Shown here piece after piece: positions 27,830 through 42,262 of a DNA stretch of 64,000 nt. This stretch comes from Octopus sinensis (Eukaryota): the NCBI RefSeq assembly GCF_006345805.1, contig NC_043000.1, forward strand, positions 53,320,001 to 53,384,000, given 5' to 3'. How positions within the stretch are numbered: the stretch's first letter is position 1; each line of letters starts with the position of its first letter. The position numbers and the translations under genes are program-made. The notes under the pieces are model-generated. The model saw only the letters and a list, made by a program, of their open reading frames with translations, did not search any database and was not told the origin of the DNA.

Positions 27830-28426
27830 GGATATGAGTGCTATGTAATTGAATTGTTTTCTTGAACATAGTATAATTGAAATGGACATACTAATCCTAT
27901 GTATCTGCAAGGAAAGGAATCCTTTAAAATTTATTCTGTGAGAAGTCACAATGTGTAGCAAGAGAAGAAAAAGCTCACGGAAAGTTTTCTTACAAAAAGT
28001 AATTCAATAATTCCTAAGATAGATAACATAAATAACGCAAGAGAACATATAATGGAACTATATTACAATCATATTATATTAGCTAACAAATTATAGGGTT
28101 TATTTGGCGGTAAGAACCTGTGCTTAAACAAATATCCTTTATACGCTCTTTCTCTTTGACGAAACTTTGTCACGAACAGATTACGAGTGCACGTTGGTAT
28201 GTAGAATGTTAGCAAATGCTTTCAACCTTCTACTAGTTGAACTGTGTTGAAATGAGTTTTCTGACATCGGAGATAGTTTAGTGGTATATACTGTGCGTGA
28301 ACAACTTTTGTAGAGAACATATATAAATTTTAGAGAATATTCCAAAATTATTTTCATTTTTACGGTAGTCTAAAGCAGAAGCATTAGGGCATAGGATAAA
28401 TTCGTTGCAATATTTATTCAGGTGTT

Positions 28427-28561
28427 CAAATTCCGTCGAGGTCGACCTTGCCTTTCATCCTTCCGGGGTCGATAAATTAAGTACCAGTTGCGTACTAGAG
28501 TCGATCTAATCGACTGGCCCCCGCCCCCAAAATTTCGGGCCTTGTGCCGAGAGTAGAAAAG
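28427..28561 (+). mobile_element. 5'-truncated SINE family 2 copy with 18-bp TSD, nested in an older copy
   Basis: aatatttattcaggtgtt at 28409-28426 and 28562-28579. The flanks (28375-28660) are a degenerate copy of the same family. Confidence 0.85.
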
Positions 28562-30296
28562 AATATTTATTCAGGTGTTTCGCGTCCTCAGTTCAAATCC
28601 CACTAAGTTTAACTCTCATATTCTTCATTCCAGCGTCGATAAAATACACCGGGGTCCAATTTTTCTCACTTTCTCACTCACACACTCAGAATCGGATGCA
28701 CTACCAGAAAGACGTGGTGAACTTCTAACAATATTATTTTTCTCGAAGACAATTTCTTCTAGTCTATTGTATTGGGGAAACGCAGTCACTCACAATGGTG
28801 CTGGCAGAACATAGCATATAATGATGACAACTATTCTATTAGCATTAATATTATTAACTGATCATTACTACTGTAATTATTATTATACGTGTAGTTGTTA
28901 ACCAGAAGGGATTGGAGAAAATATCTCGCTTGATTTTAATTTCATACTCTTGCTTTCGAAATATAAATCCCAGTTCGCTCTTGACTTTCTTCCTTGCAGA
29001 GTGAAAAATTAAGAGCCTTAAATTGTGAGGTAATTATAATCGACTACAGTTCCGCAATATCAGTGACGTTATAGTAATCATTTGAACCACTGTTCATTCT
29101 TACACATTTTAGTTCTACTCCTGGTGAAAGAAGATCATTATTATTGATTGTTTTACGAATCTGACTTTAAGTATTTTACCATGGGTAAAGTAAACACCTG
29201 TTAAATAATGGGGACGAAATGTGTAATCTCGTGCCTATGCTAGAAATCTTTAATATTGAATTATTAAAGATAATAATGGAAAAAAATATGAAATTGCTTG
29301 CCTTTTCCCAAGGTCAATACTATAATTACAAATAAAACACTGAAGTTGAGTGACAGAAAAGTTGCCTCCTGAAGATGTTAGTATGACTTCGTCTTTTATC
29401 GTGCTAGGGTCAATAAAACATTTATCAGTTAAAATCTTGGGTAAATCTAAAGTAAAATGCCTTGTGCCAATATTAGAAATCTATATTATTGACCTTTTTT
29501 TCAATTTCGTTGTAACATTTTATTCTTTCGTACTTCAGTGTACCATTTCGTCTGGCCAAGCACTGCATCTACTTCGATTTCCTAAGTCGTTTATATCGCT
29601 TTAAATCTTTTGATAGTAGCTTCCATTACATAATCGATGCAAACGTTGCTAAATTTCTAATAAACAGTTGAGAGAAAATATAAATATCGCTCGAACGTCA
29701 CTATTTTACTGCGAGTTGAATTATTCAATGTTTCCAAGTCTTTAAGGCTAGCCAGAATTTCATTAGATTTTATGTCAATAAAAAAATACAATACTTTTTT
29801 CTCCTCTCTTTGGTTTCTCACATTTTCTTTCTCTGATTCCCTCTTACTTTCATTCTTTTAAAAATTAATTCCTATTATCACATAACTCTTTTACTTGAGA
29901 ACTATTCCACTTCACGTTGTTATTTCATTTGATTTATGGAGTCACTTGTGTGTCTTTCTGCATGTGTCTGTATAAGTGCGTGATAATATGTGTGTGAGTA
30001 TTTGAATGCATATGCGTGCATATAGAATCTGTGTGTTCATTTTGTGTGTGCTTATGTGTGTACACGTGTTAGTAAGTTGTCATTTCCTTTCGCATGAAAG
30101 CAAAGCCTTGTACGTCTGCAAATGAAATATGTCGAGCTTTATTGAATTATTTCTGAATCAATGTACTACTAACCCAGACACATTTCCTGCAGTTGATATG
30201 CTCGAGAGTTATCGCATTTTTCACTCATTCTAATTAGTTATTTCAAATACAATCTGAAATCTAGACAAATGTCCATCTGTTCTCCCTGCCCATACA

Positions 30297-30334
30297 GTAT
30301 ATATATATAATATATATATATATATAATATATAT

Positions 30335-30423
<89 letters not shown>

Positions 30424-30463
30424 TATATATATGCATATATGTATGTGTGCGTATATATATATA
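30297..30463. repeat. (TA)n microsatellite
   Basis: Directly visible. Confidence 0.95.
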
Positions 30464-30648
30464 GGCGCAGAAATGGCTGTGTGGTAAGTAGCTTGCTTAC
30501 CAACCACATAGTTCTGGGTTCGGTTCCACTGCGTGGCACCTTGGGCCAGTGTCTTCTAATATAGCTTCGAGCAGACCAAATCCTTGTGACCGGATTTGGT
30601 AGACGGAAACTGAAAGAAACCCATCCTAGTATATGTGTGTGTGCGTGA

Positions 30649-30689
<41 letters not shown>

Positions 30690-30901
30690 TGTGTGTCAGT
30701 GTTTGTCCCCCCACCATCGCTTGACAACCGATACTGCTGTGTTTACGTCCCCGTAATATAGCGGTTCGGTAAAATAGAACGATAGAATAAGTACTAGGCT
30801 TACAAACAATAAGTCCTGGGGTCGATTTGTTTGACTAAAGGCGGTGCTCCAGCATAGCTGCAGTCAAATAACAGAAGCAAATAAAAGAATAAAAGAATAA
30901 A
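30464..30901 (+). mobile_element. SINE family 1, full length
   Basis: ggcgcagaaatggctgtgtggtaag ... gcggtgctccagcatagctgcagtcaaataacagaagcaaataaaagaataaaag. Confidence 0.9.
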
Positions 30902-30919
30902 ACACATACACACATATAC

Positions 30920-30965
<46 letters not shown>

Positions 30966-30968
<3 letters not shown>

Positions 30969-32520
30969 TTTTTAATTGACTCCTTTTTATGGGTTTCAGA
31001 CAAATGCTGATGCCATGCTGGTGCACCGCCTTTACTATCCGGGGATTTTTCCAGTATTGCTTCTGATTAAGTGGCGACTTGGACACTTGTTGTTTTTCAT
31101 TGTGCCTTCTACCGCGATGTCGGTTCATATAGTATTGCTGATAAAAAAAAAACTGTCTTGACGTTTTTTTGAAGACTTCCATGTCCACATTTCGCAGTAT
31201 CCTGATGGTATGTTGTAGAGCATTAAAAATTTGTTGCCCCTTGAATCTCAAACTATTACAATATTGGATTTGTATCTCGATGGAGGAGATGGGACATTTG
31301 GTACAGTGCAGTGCCGTTCAGTTCGGGGATGGTTGTAGCTTTCGATTCCGAAATTTGGAGCTAGACTCTCCATTAGTTTCCATATCTCTCACGTTTCCTC
31401 TCCAGGGAATGGCGTCCCAGTTCCTGTAACCTCTCCCAGTAGTCCATCTTCTTTGTGAAGTGATGCTGGATCACTTCTATTTCCACAATTAGTTTTACTC
31501 TCAACGGTGACCATAGTTGGGAGCAGTGGTCCAGATGACTGAGGACAATGATTCTGCAAAATAGTAGCATTGTGTTTCTGTTCCTGGTCCTGAAGGATCT
31601 CAAGATCCAGCCTGCCACCCGGCCATCTGAGCAGTGTGCACATGGAAAGTTGCGTCGTCTCTCTTGAGGATTTCCAAGTCGAGCATCGACTCTACCTCTG
31701 GGATTGCCTTGCCTACTTGTCCCGAGTAATTCAGTTGTTGTTTGTTTTGGTGTTGATAGCGGAGTGCTTGAAATTTTGCGGTATTAAACTACATGTTATT
31801 CTCATCAGCCCACTTATACATTGCGTTCAGGTCATTCTGCAGTATTAGGATATCAGTAGGATCCTTGATCGGCTGCGATACTTTTGGATCGTCGGCGTAG
31901 CTAGTGGGCGAGGATGACGCTATAGCCAAGGGCATATTCGTGAAAGAAACCACAAACAGTTGTGGGCCCAGCACTAATCCCTGAGAGACTCCCCTGAGGA
32001 TTGGTGTTACTTCAGAGAGAGCACCATTTGCTGTGATAGCCTGATTTCTGCACTTGAGCAAATCATGCAGTCACTCCCTCAATCTACCAGTGATACCGAG
32101 GTCACTCAATTTGCGACATATCATGCCATGATTGACTTTGTCAAAGGCCTTGCCAAAGTCGAGATATATCACACCCACACTTGAATAGTTGAGCTGGTGA
32201 TTTAGTATCCACGCGAAGAGCTCTTGTAGCTGTTTTAGGCAGCTCCTTCTAGGACAGAAGCCACGTTGCGTGTCCTTAAGCAAGTCATTTTCTTCTAGGA
32301 ACGTGGTCAGTCTTTTTCTGACATATGATATGCTAACATATGAGGTCACAGAGATAGGACTGTAGTTTATAGCATCTGCTCTGCTTCCTCCTTTGAAGAC
32401 AGGGCAGATTATTCTCTCCCTTAACATTTGAGGAAATGTACCGCATTCAGCGGAGCTCTGGAAAAGCATTTGCAGTGGTTTTGCAAGAGCTTTCTTAAAT
32501 ATTTTTGCTGGAAGATTCAA
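30966..32520 (-). mobile_element. 5'-truncated decayed CR1-group LINE (RT and 3' end)
   Basis: ICPVFKGGSR..NYSPISVTS, QRGF..RRSC, IYLDFGKAFDKVNH, GVSQGLVLGP, YADD, SHLDHCSQLWSP, YWERL..SLERKRERY. Related to 43638-46391. Confidence 0.9.
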
Positions 32521-32569
32521 CTCTCTCAAAGTACTAATAATACTATAAATAGTGTCATGTAAATATTGA

Positions 32570-32965
32570 GTTGGAAAGCCCTGTTGGGTAGAAAACGTTG
32601 AAGGCTGCTCATGAACCAACAGTTCCTGTAGAAAGACAGCACTCTATTCCTTATGGATTCAACACAGGGACATATACGCTGTCACATACACACACACACG
32701 CGCACCTTCGTGTTGAGATCACCACTACTCTATTACCTTCCTTTGTTCCTTGCTTTCCTGTGTGACCCCTCTGTCCGGCATTCGCCATGATAGATCGTTA
32801 GCCATTAAATCTTTTTCTATTTTCTCTTCCTGTTTATTTTTGTGTACCTTCTATCGAAGAGCGTAGGCTCAAAACGTAAAATACTTTCTCACTTCCCGAG
32901 CGTTAAACTAATACATCTCTTTGTTGCTTACACACCCGTCTTCGTCTTTTGTTTTTTGTAAGTTC

Positions 32966-32970
<5 letters not shown>
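32570..32970 (+). mobile_element. Penelope-like 3' fragment (family P2): GIY-YIG C-terminus remnant plus terminal region
   Basis: Frameshifted R..HE.QFL.K.STL/IPYGFN resembles the GIY-YIG TLxPxGxN end motif. Hammerhead-like ctatcgaa-gagcgtaggctc-aaaacgta at 32851-32878. The fragment ends in (TA)n. Confidence 0.55.
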
Positions 32971-33027
<57 letters not shown>

Positions 33028-33341
33028 ATATACATATGTATATATACGTATGTATGTATATATGGATACATATTTATATATATATGTATGGATGTATGCA
33101 TGTATGTATGTATGCATGTATATATATATCTATACATGTATGCATTATGCATATATGTATATATTTATACGTATGCATATAGAGGAACGATTTATTCGAC
33201 TAAACACTTTAAAGTGCTGCTCCAACATACCCACAGTCCAAAGTCTGAAAGAAATAAAATATGCATTAGACAGACAGACAGGTACATAAATAGATACATA
33301 GATTGATAGATAGATATGAAATCATGTACATTTATATATTT

Positions 33342-33383
33342 ACTAGCATTAAAGACCCGTCGTTGCCGGGTCATAGTGCTAGT
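33342..33383. repeat. Hairpin at the edge of a probable non-autonomous element (Helitron/Helentron-like end)
   Basis: actagcat-taaa-gacccg-tcgttgc-cgggtc-ata-gtgctagt forms a two-stem palindrome. The class assignment is from resemblance only. Confidence 0.35.
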
Positions 33384-34691
33384 GCATGTATATATGTGTA
33401 TATATATGTGTACATATTACATGTACATCTATATATATACATCTACGCATAAAATATAAAATACAAAGTTATATCTTGATATCGCTAGTGATAACAATAC
33501 TAAAAATATATAATAGACTGGAATTGTTAGCCCGTCTCTTGTAATTTCGATCAATTGTATCGTGTCCTCCCTCTTGTATAGAAGTGTAGCTACAATCCAG
33601 CCTACCTCTACTTCTGGGGTGGGGGTGGGGCATTTTAAATTTTTATCCGGGATGTCCTACGTCCCAGATATAAAGGTAAAAATAAAATATTTCCACTTTG
33701 CAAGTTCGAGTCGAGTACTCCATTGACTCGAACCTTGCTTGTATTGCGGCGAATTTACCGCCTCTGATTAGATAACTTTCATAGTCGCACCAAGACACTT
33801 TTCGAAGGTGCTTTCCTCCATGTGTTCAAATCTTTTTTCTCTACATTGTATACTTTATAGACAATAGTCTTTTCTTTAATTTAATTTTTTATTATCCATC
33901 TGGACTATTCCATTTCTGCACGCTAATTTTATTTTTAATTTATTCCCATTCATGTGAAACCACTTATTCAAGTTCAAGTCATTGATGCAATTTTATACCA
34001 ATTGCTATTTTTACTTTTGTTATGCTACGATTATATTATACTTTAGTTTAATTTAGAGATTCATTATAAATAGTGTCATGATATAATGTTTCATTTTGCT
34101 AATGGACAAATTCTTAGGGCATAATTTTGCTAAATAGCAGTAATTGAAATATAACTACATTTAAACATCTAAATATATTTGAAATGATATAGTGAATAGG
34201 TACAGATCTTAAAAGAGTGACTCATGCAGATATTCATTCTATATCAGTACAACTTGTAACATATGATCTGAGAGAATAACATATTGAGTGAATAGTAAAC
34301 TATTCGGTTTCACAATCATTAGTACCGGTTTCGATTATACTATACAATACCGTGAATAAACTTCTCTTACTTAATTCCTGAGTCTACTCACTTCTTAACA
34401 GTGAAAAATGGTTGGAAGTACATCGGATGGTTTATAAATTAAGTCTACATCTCAGTCTCGTTTCACAGTGTCGTATGGATTTCTGCTGAGAATTGTTTTA
34501 AACGTACACGTCTCTGAAGTATACTCAGTCACTTACACGTAAATTTACTCCCTTATCGGACTGTTTGAACATTCATCGCCGAAACCTACCGAGACTCATT
34601 TAAACTCTACATATAGCTATGTTGTATTTTCCTGTATGTAGATCTTTATACAAATAGACACGCGCTGATATTCATACATACAAACATACAT

Positions 34692-34741
<50 letters not shown>

Positions 34742-34743
<2 letters not shown>

Positions 34744-35726
34744 TTTACACATTAATTGTTGTCTGTAATGACGCGATTAGCTCTTTTCCTGTATAATCTC
34801 TAAAACTTTGTTTTGTTAAGCTCTAGAAGTGCTGGTTTATTCTAGTTGAAAATATTCTATACATTTCACACTGGAGAATTCATTTGTGATGATGAAATTT
34901 TAATGATGCATGATTAGTTAGTTTTCAAAAATGCCATTAGTTTTACTGATGTTGCTTTCAACTAATATAAAGGGATAAGATTTAAATATTAAATTTGTGT
35001 AAAATCGACCGAGTTTCTAGAAATATTTTCAATTTAAAATAAGGAGGTACTGTCCAAGGAATGGAACTATTTGGATTTCTCCCTTTAAGAAATTTGTAAG
35101 AAATTCAGAAATAATATTTTAAAAAGTAACTGAGCGACGTACCGTCAAACAGTCCCGTTTCGAACTCGAGGACCACTGCTCTCTTGGCGCTAAGAATAAC
35201 AATTGATTCAATATCCAAAAGGGACATGAAACAGCTCGAGTTCAGATATAGACATAATAATCTCCAACTAATCATAATTAAGGTTGCCAGCTTTGTAGTG
35301 TAGAAGGTTATCATTCAGCATCCTGAAGTGTTTGGAATGTAAGTTGGAGCCAATCTTCATTATTTCATATATAAATGCCACTCAAAGAATCAAGGTATTC
35401 ACATAGAGCGTACATTCGGACACAGACTCAGACACACAAATAACTCGGTCGATTTTACACAAATTTTACACAAATTTAATATTTAAATCTTATCCCTTTA
35501 TATTAGTTGAAAGCAACATCAGTAAAACTAATGGCATTTTTGAAAACTAACTAATCATGCATCATTAAAATTTCATCATCACAAATGAATTCTCCAGTGT
35601 GAAATGTATAGAATATTTTCAACTAGAATAAACCAGCACTTCTAGAGCTTAACAAAACAAAGTTTTAGAGATTATACAGGAAAAGAGCTAATCGCGTCAT
35701 TACAGACAACAATTAATGTGTAAAGT
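34742..35726. repeat. Long inverted duplication: arms 34742-35015 and 35442-35726, 426-bp spacer
   Basis: The arms read as reverse complements by eye, except for an 11-bp tandem duplication (ttttacacaaa) in the right arm. Confidence 0.95.
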
Positions 35727-36604
35727 TTTTAGTATTAAACAATACTGCCCAGTTATCTTATTAACTGCGATTTGAAAGTGCATCATTCACATGTAAACAT
35801 TTGAGCAATGACACAGTTGTGTTGATGATTAGACGCGAACTACTCACATTTTGGTCGATTGTGTGATACCTTGTGTCTTCGTTAATTAGCTTTCCGTATA
35901 ATCATATTTGTTATACGTGTTGGACATCTAAGTGATGGATAATTAATCATTTGTAAATATACGATATCAAACAAAAGAAATATGAAATCCTCAAGACCAT
36001 TCATATATCTTTCTTTATGTATACTCATAACTCTAGTTATCAAAGAAAATGCGTTTTATTATTCTAGACATTAATCTCTGTCATATGGGCACGCCATATT
36101 TTTTTGGGAAGAATATAATCGATTTTACGCTTGAATGGTTCTCACTTATATTAGCCTCGGAAAGATGCAATACAGACCTATCATCGGAAAGATTTGAAAT
36201 CAAAACATAAAGGATCATAAATGATTGCTGTAGGGCATTTTATCAAGAGTTCTACTGATTCTGCACATTCTACTGCACTTAATATATCACCCAACTATCA
36301 ATAATTCTGAAACCTAAAGTGTTGCACCAAAGTAAACAATGAAAAGGCAGAGTGTGCTGCATGAAATATCTAAATTCAAAATTAATGAAGCCTTTATTGC
36401 AAAGAATTGGATCCCGGTTTCCCGCATGACAAGCAGAGATAGTTACCACAAAGTTAAAATGAAAGTTCCAGAAATGCATATACAAGAGCATATGTGTTCA
36501 TTGTTTTTCACAATTTGTAGTGATAAATACGTTAGAGATTTAGTTAAGAGATTTAATTAAAATCTTAACGGTTCGGATTCTTTATATATATATATATATA
36601 TATA

Positions 36605-37472
36605 CAGGGTGCCATAGGTAAATTGTCACCATTTTATATTTTTTATTTCACGCACACGCATTCCTGTTTTTAAATTTTGTTGACTAAACAGTATAGTATG
36701 GACAGTTGGACACTGTCTGTGAGAGACACAGCACCATGACCCAATTCATTCTGCCAGAAATTTGGAAACGACATGCTGTACTGCTTGGCATTCGGACCGG
36801 AAGCTCCAATACGAACATTTCAGAGTGTTTGGGTGTCAATCTGAGGACATGTACATAGACTGATAAAAAAGAAACATCCAGTCAACATCATAGTATTTGC
36901 AGTGATCACGAGTGATGACGACGTTATGCCTCCATTCATCTTCCCACTTGGCATCACACTCAACACGGAGGCCTACATCAAGTGCCTGGAGTAGGTACTG
37001 ATGCCCTGGGTCAAGAAGGTGGCTGCTGGAAGACCTCCATATCTAGCAACTGGACTCTGCAACATACCACACAACCAGGAGAACCCAGGCATAGCTGTCA
37101 TACAATATCTGCGACCACATCACCCCCTAACATCTGACCGTTTAACTCCCCAGATTGCAACACCCCTTGATTATCATGTATGGGGCGCAGTTGAGGGAGA
37201 GACCAACAAAACTCCTTGTAACACCAAAAAAATGAACTGAAGGCGAGGATTGTGGCAGCATTCACCAACTTATACAAGGCGACCGTCAGAAGAGTTGCAG
37301 GAGATTCCGAGGTCATCTGGAGGCAGTGGTTGTAGCCAAACGCTATTTTATCGAATAAATTTACTCTTTAGTATTTGAAGATATTTATACGTAATTTTGA
37401 TAAATATATTCTAAAATGAGATTCAGTGTTTCCTTTTTGCGTAATTTAGACGATAGTTTATTTACCACACTG
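36605..37472 (+). mobile_element. Internally deleted Tc1/mariner-superfamily element, maT/DD37D-like
   Basis: TA-cagggtg ... cacactg-TA ends. KHPVNIIVFAVITSD.DVMPPFIFP.G..LNTEAYIKCL..VLMPWVK, a QDSA-like block, NSPDCN.LDYHVWGAVE, RFRGHLEAVV. Confidence 0.85.
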
Positions 37473-39477
37473 TATATTAAAGCGTTCAGTCAATATAGAT
37501 ATACATAGGTGCTCTTTGTTGTCATAACTCATAAATATCAATGCATAAGAGATATTTCTTTAGTTAGCTAGTAATTAATATACCACAGTTAATGAAGATA
37601 CTACAGGTACCTATCTCGCAACCACAAATATCCAATGGTATACCTGTACGGTAACCCATTTATTTAAACGTAATTATTTTACTTCTTGTTCACTTTTGAG
37701 AATATTTCTGTATTAGTATTGTTGTTGTTGGGTAACCTCATGCGCACGCTAATCAAACAAATCTATTTTCGTGAGAGTTTCAGCTATAACCATGCCTCAT
37801 GTTTTCCTATATTTATTGACACCTAATCTAATATGTAACTTTTTAAGACATCTATATCGGATTTTAAGATTAGAGAACTATTTCAGCGAACGTGTTTTGG
37901 GCATCTCCTTAATAAACTAGTCAAATAATTTCTGGAAACAGGAATTGGGAAGTATTCGTTACAAATACTAGGCAAAATAAAATGAATTTAGTCAATAAAC
38001 TTAACTATCATTCTCGAATATTTCGTACAACATACATCTGACAAAAACACGAACTAACGAGGAAGCGTCTAAACGATCAAGAAATTAGCGAGAAATATCA
38101 AGCAATTGTCCTTCAAATCATTCAGTACCGATTGCAAAGAGGAAGAATAGATTGTAATCAATTGATCCCCTAAGTTTACAGACTCAGCGAAGACGAGATG
38201 ACCACGATTTGATTACCAAGCATGTAGTATGCCGGCAAAACAACAACAAGGCTCACAACACCTGAAACTGAAGAAGCAGCTTCGGGCATATGCATCTATT
38301 GGGGACGACAGCCAAAGCTTCTTCTAATGTCACCCTGAAATCTGAGACACATTTACAATGCATTTCTAGCAAATATTGATTAAAAAGTTATGATTACTGC
38401 TGGTACAGCTTTGATTAGAGTTATACTCTCTCAGAGTTAACCAACATCATCAGCAAAATAAAAACAGCTGTTGTTGCTACAACTATTACTACGATTGGCA
38501 GAAAAAATATGTATTTAATGAAAATATATACTTTTTTCCTTTGTATCTTTACACGAGGAATATGACAGATTTTAGGTGAAAGTTATAGATTATATCGACC
38601 AATATATATATTTACCAATATTTATTTCTTCGACCGAAAACAGCTGAAAATAAATTCAATCCCACTAGTTTCAGATTCAGAATTAGACAGAAAAAAAATG
38701 AATGTTATATCAAATGTTTAGTTGTTTTTCCACCCCCGTTGCATGCTCTATAATTGAATTGTTGGTTTTTATTTGACTAGGGAATTTGTGTAAGTTTACA
38801 GAGGAAGAAGTAATATCAGTTTAATCGACAAGATCATTTCGGATATTTATTTTATCTACCTCATACATGGCTATATATGAGAAGGCAATCGCGTCAACGA
38901 GAGTTTCTATTCAATCGTTCTACTTACTAGAAATATTAGTAAAATCTTTCTAAATCACACCCTTCCACCTTATAAAAGGACACGTTATTGGACAATATGG
39001 TCCTAGATACACTCTATCTTAAATAAAACAGATAGAATGGTCATAATTGGACTGTCTTAAATTATAGACCTGGTTAATTTATAATCAAACAACAGTGTTG
39101 ACAACATCAACAGTAAGAACAAAAGCAGCAACATATTAATAATAGCGTATTCTTTTACGAGATTTCAATAGATTATCTTTTACATTTTAGAGAGAAAGAG
39201 ATGGAGAAATCATTGGCTGTGTGAACTAATAATAACATGACGGTAGAGGTTTTTTTCTGAGACTAAGGAATATTCACTTTGGAACTACGTGTTTCTAGAT
39301 TTGATCCCAAAATGAGATATTCTGAATACGTTTCATCTATTGCAGTCTGAACTTGACCATTAGGTTATAAATAGAATGCTGTTGAGGGAAATTATGTGGA
39401 AGCCCGTTATACGTATATGCATGTACATACATTCAGTCAAATACATACATATATACATATAGACATCCATCCATCCT

Positions 39478-39560
<83 letters not shown>

Positions 39561-39674
39561 ATATTTCGGAATGGTCATATTGCCAGTTTAGCCAATAAAA
39601 ACACACGCACTATATATTTGGTGTTATTTTGCTTCAGTGATATTTATTTTTTACATTAATCTTAATCTTATTTC

Positions 39675-39719
39675 GGCCAAAGTTCTTTCGTCACACTCCT
39701 GTGACCGCATCAGTGGTCC
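39675..39719 (-). ncRNA. Putative minimal hammerhead-like ribozyme in the left (inverted) pLTR
   Basis: Exact reverse complement of 42850-42894. Confidence 0.5.
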
Positions 39720-39813
39720 TTTGTTTTCTTCTCACTTACTTGTGTCTCTCCTTACTAACCGTCAGCCATTTTGTATTTCTATTGTATGTCTTCATTTGCG
39801 CATGCTTATATCT

Positions 39814-42262
39814 TATGGAAACAGTAACGATAATGAAGATAACCCTAGAGAGACCATTGACATGTATGCCCATCCCTTTGACACTCAATTCTTCAACGTA
39901 TGCGACAAAACTTACTGCATGAACCGAATTTATCCAACAACATTACCCTTCAACAAAAGAGTATACATCCCAAGACGTACTAATGACCACATGGAAGCAC
40001 AGTTCACTATAGCTAGGACCAAACTTAGACAGATTTTAGGATTATACATTAAGAGACAGAGACAGAATAAGACAGATGCTCAACAACTCGGGATTAAACC
40101 TGCATGTGGCCTACAGAAGCTCATTCAGCGCACGAGGAACGGAGAGGTGATATGCCTTCCCACGGATAAGTCCGGCAGGATGTCAATAGACAGCTTACCG
40201 AACTACATCCAGGCAATGCAACCTCATATCGCCAATACAAAAGTAACAACTGTACAGGCGCATGAGGAGAGAGAAAAGGTCCTCAATGCCCATATGATGA
40301 TGTGGACAATTGTTCTAGGACCTCAGAAACGTACTGCAAAGAATTTCCAAGCCTGGAACAATGATATCCCGGCACTGTATGGACTTCGCAAGGACCATAA
40401 AGGTTTTACTGACCCTATAGCAGGACCACCAACAAGACCAGTCTGTGGAGCGAATATCGCTAGCAATTACAGAATCTCCTACTTCCTCTCAATGATCATA
40501 CGCCCTATAATCAGGATGTCACCTGATGTGTGTGACAGCACAGAAGATCTCCTAAGCAGGATCAGTGACTGTAACAAAACTTGTGACTTGACAGGATGTA
40601 TAGTAGGTAGCATGGATGTGGTATCCCTATACCCATCGATTGACGTAGATTTTGCAGTGGAGAAGTGCGTGGAGATGATCAACGAGAGCCAGGTGGAGTT
40701 CTGTAATGTCGACACAGAAGAACTAGGCCTCCTACTTAGACTGACATATAATAGTGAATACTTAGATAAACATAATCTTAGTAGTTTCTGCCCCAGTAGA
40801 TGTTTAAGAGGTAGACCGCCTACAATTACTTCTATGGCTAGGAAGACACATATAGAAAGATGCGCGGATGGACCAGAGCCATACGGAGCCCCGCAAATGT
40901 CCATCAGGTAAAGAAAATGATCGCACATGCACTAGGAGCTAGTATAAGAGTTACCCTAAAAGGCCACACATTTAAATTTAATAATAAAATATATGCCCAG
41001 GACGAGGGGGCAGCCATCGGTGTTAGTATCGCTGGTGATGTGGCCAACCTCTTCATGGTATGGTGGGACAGAAGGCTTAAAGAATGCCTACTGCAGAAAT
41101 CCATACTCATAAACATGTACTCTCGCTATGTTGATGATATCAATATAGTAGTAAAGGCACCCCCACAAGAGAGTAATGTTGATATAGTAATAGAAACTAA
41201 TATTATGGAGAGCATCCAGCAAATAGCTAACTCCATCCACCAGAGTATTAAGGTCACAATAGACTACCCCACTAAACACCCCAACCATAGACTACCAGTA
41301 CTAGACACTGAACTCTGGCTAGAAATTGTGAAAAATAAAACCCACATCCTTCATTCATACTATGCAAAACCTATGGCCTCAAAATACCTGATCCACCGGA
41401 ACTCAGCCATTGCGGGCAATGCCAAATTCACTATTTTGATGGCAGACCTCGTCAGAATAATGAGAAATGTGTCACGCATGTGCGAGCCTACAGAATTAAA
41501 GAGACACATACAGTATTTCATTCACCGCATGCAGTTCTCAGGTTACAGCCATAAAGAAAGGGTCAGAGTATACAAAGGAGCCATGAAGAAATTTGATAAT
41601 ATATTATGTAATGATAGGAATGGGATTTGCCCACTCTATAGGAACAAGTCATGGAACACTATAGAAAGGACAAAAAAGAAAATAGGGAAGGCCAACTCTT
41701 GGTATGATAGCCATAAATACCAGAGTGTCATGTTCGTTGACACCACCCCTGGAGGTGAACTGGCATACCGCTTTAGAAGGACCCTAGATAAACTTAAACT
41801 AAGAATTAAGGTTGTTGAAAAGCCAGGCAACACTATCAGATCTATAATTGGTAGAAGCTATCCTTTTAGTAGAACTCTCTGTACGGATAACTATTGCACT
41901 GTATGTAGATTTAGCCCACAAACAAACTGTAAAGCCGAAATGTGGTCTATAGTATAAGATGTATAGAGGGACGATGCAGTAACAAGACAGTAACATACGT
42001 AGGGGAAACAGCAAGAAGCATTGGTGAGCGGGTGAATGAACATTGGAGACAACTCAAGGAAGGTAAAAGCTCATCGATTCTGTACCAACACGCTGAACAA
42101 GAACACGGGGGATCAATCAATAACATAGAGATTAAGATATTGTCCACACATAGAACAGATGCAACAATTAGACAAATTACAGAAGCTACACATATAATAG
42201 AAAATAAACCTAGCCTGAATAGAAAACTAGAATGGAGCAATAGCGCACACCACAACATATGA
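39814..42262 (+). CDS. PLE reverse transcriptase-GIY-YIG endonuclease polyprotein (~815 aa when joined), split by two single-base frameshifts (~40862, ~41940)
   Basis: [35 protein letters not shown], a long insertion before [46 protein letters not shown] linker, [25 protein letters not shown]....H..RQITEA..LN. No internal stops in the three joined ORFs. Confidence 0.9.

Noticed and set aside
35105-35314. ORF in the spacer of the inverted duplication
   Set aside because: It is short, has no motif and has no transposase similarity that I can recognise.
39637-39813. N-terminal 59 aa of the 424-aa ORF, and duplicate ORFs at 42560-42932
   Set aside because: This is an antisense read-through of the inverted pLTR, not native coding sequence.
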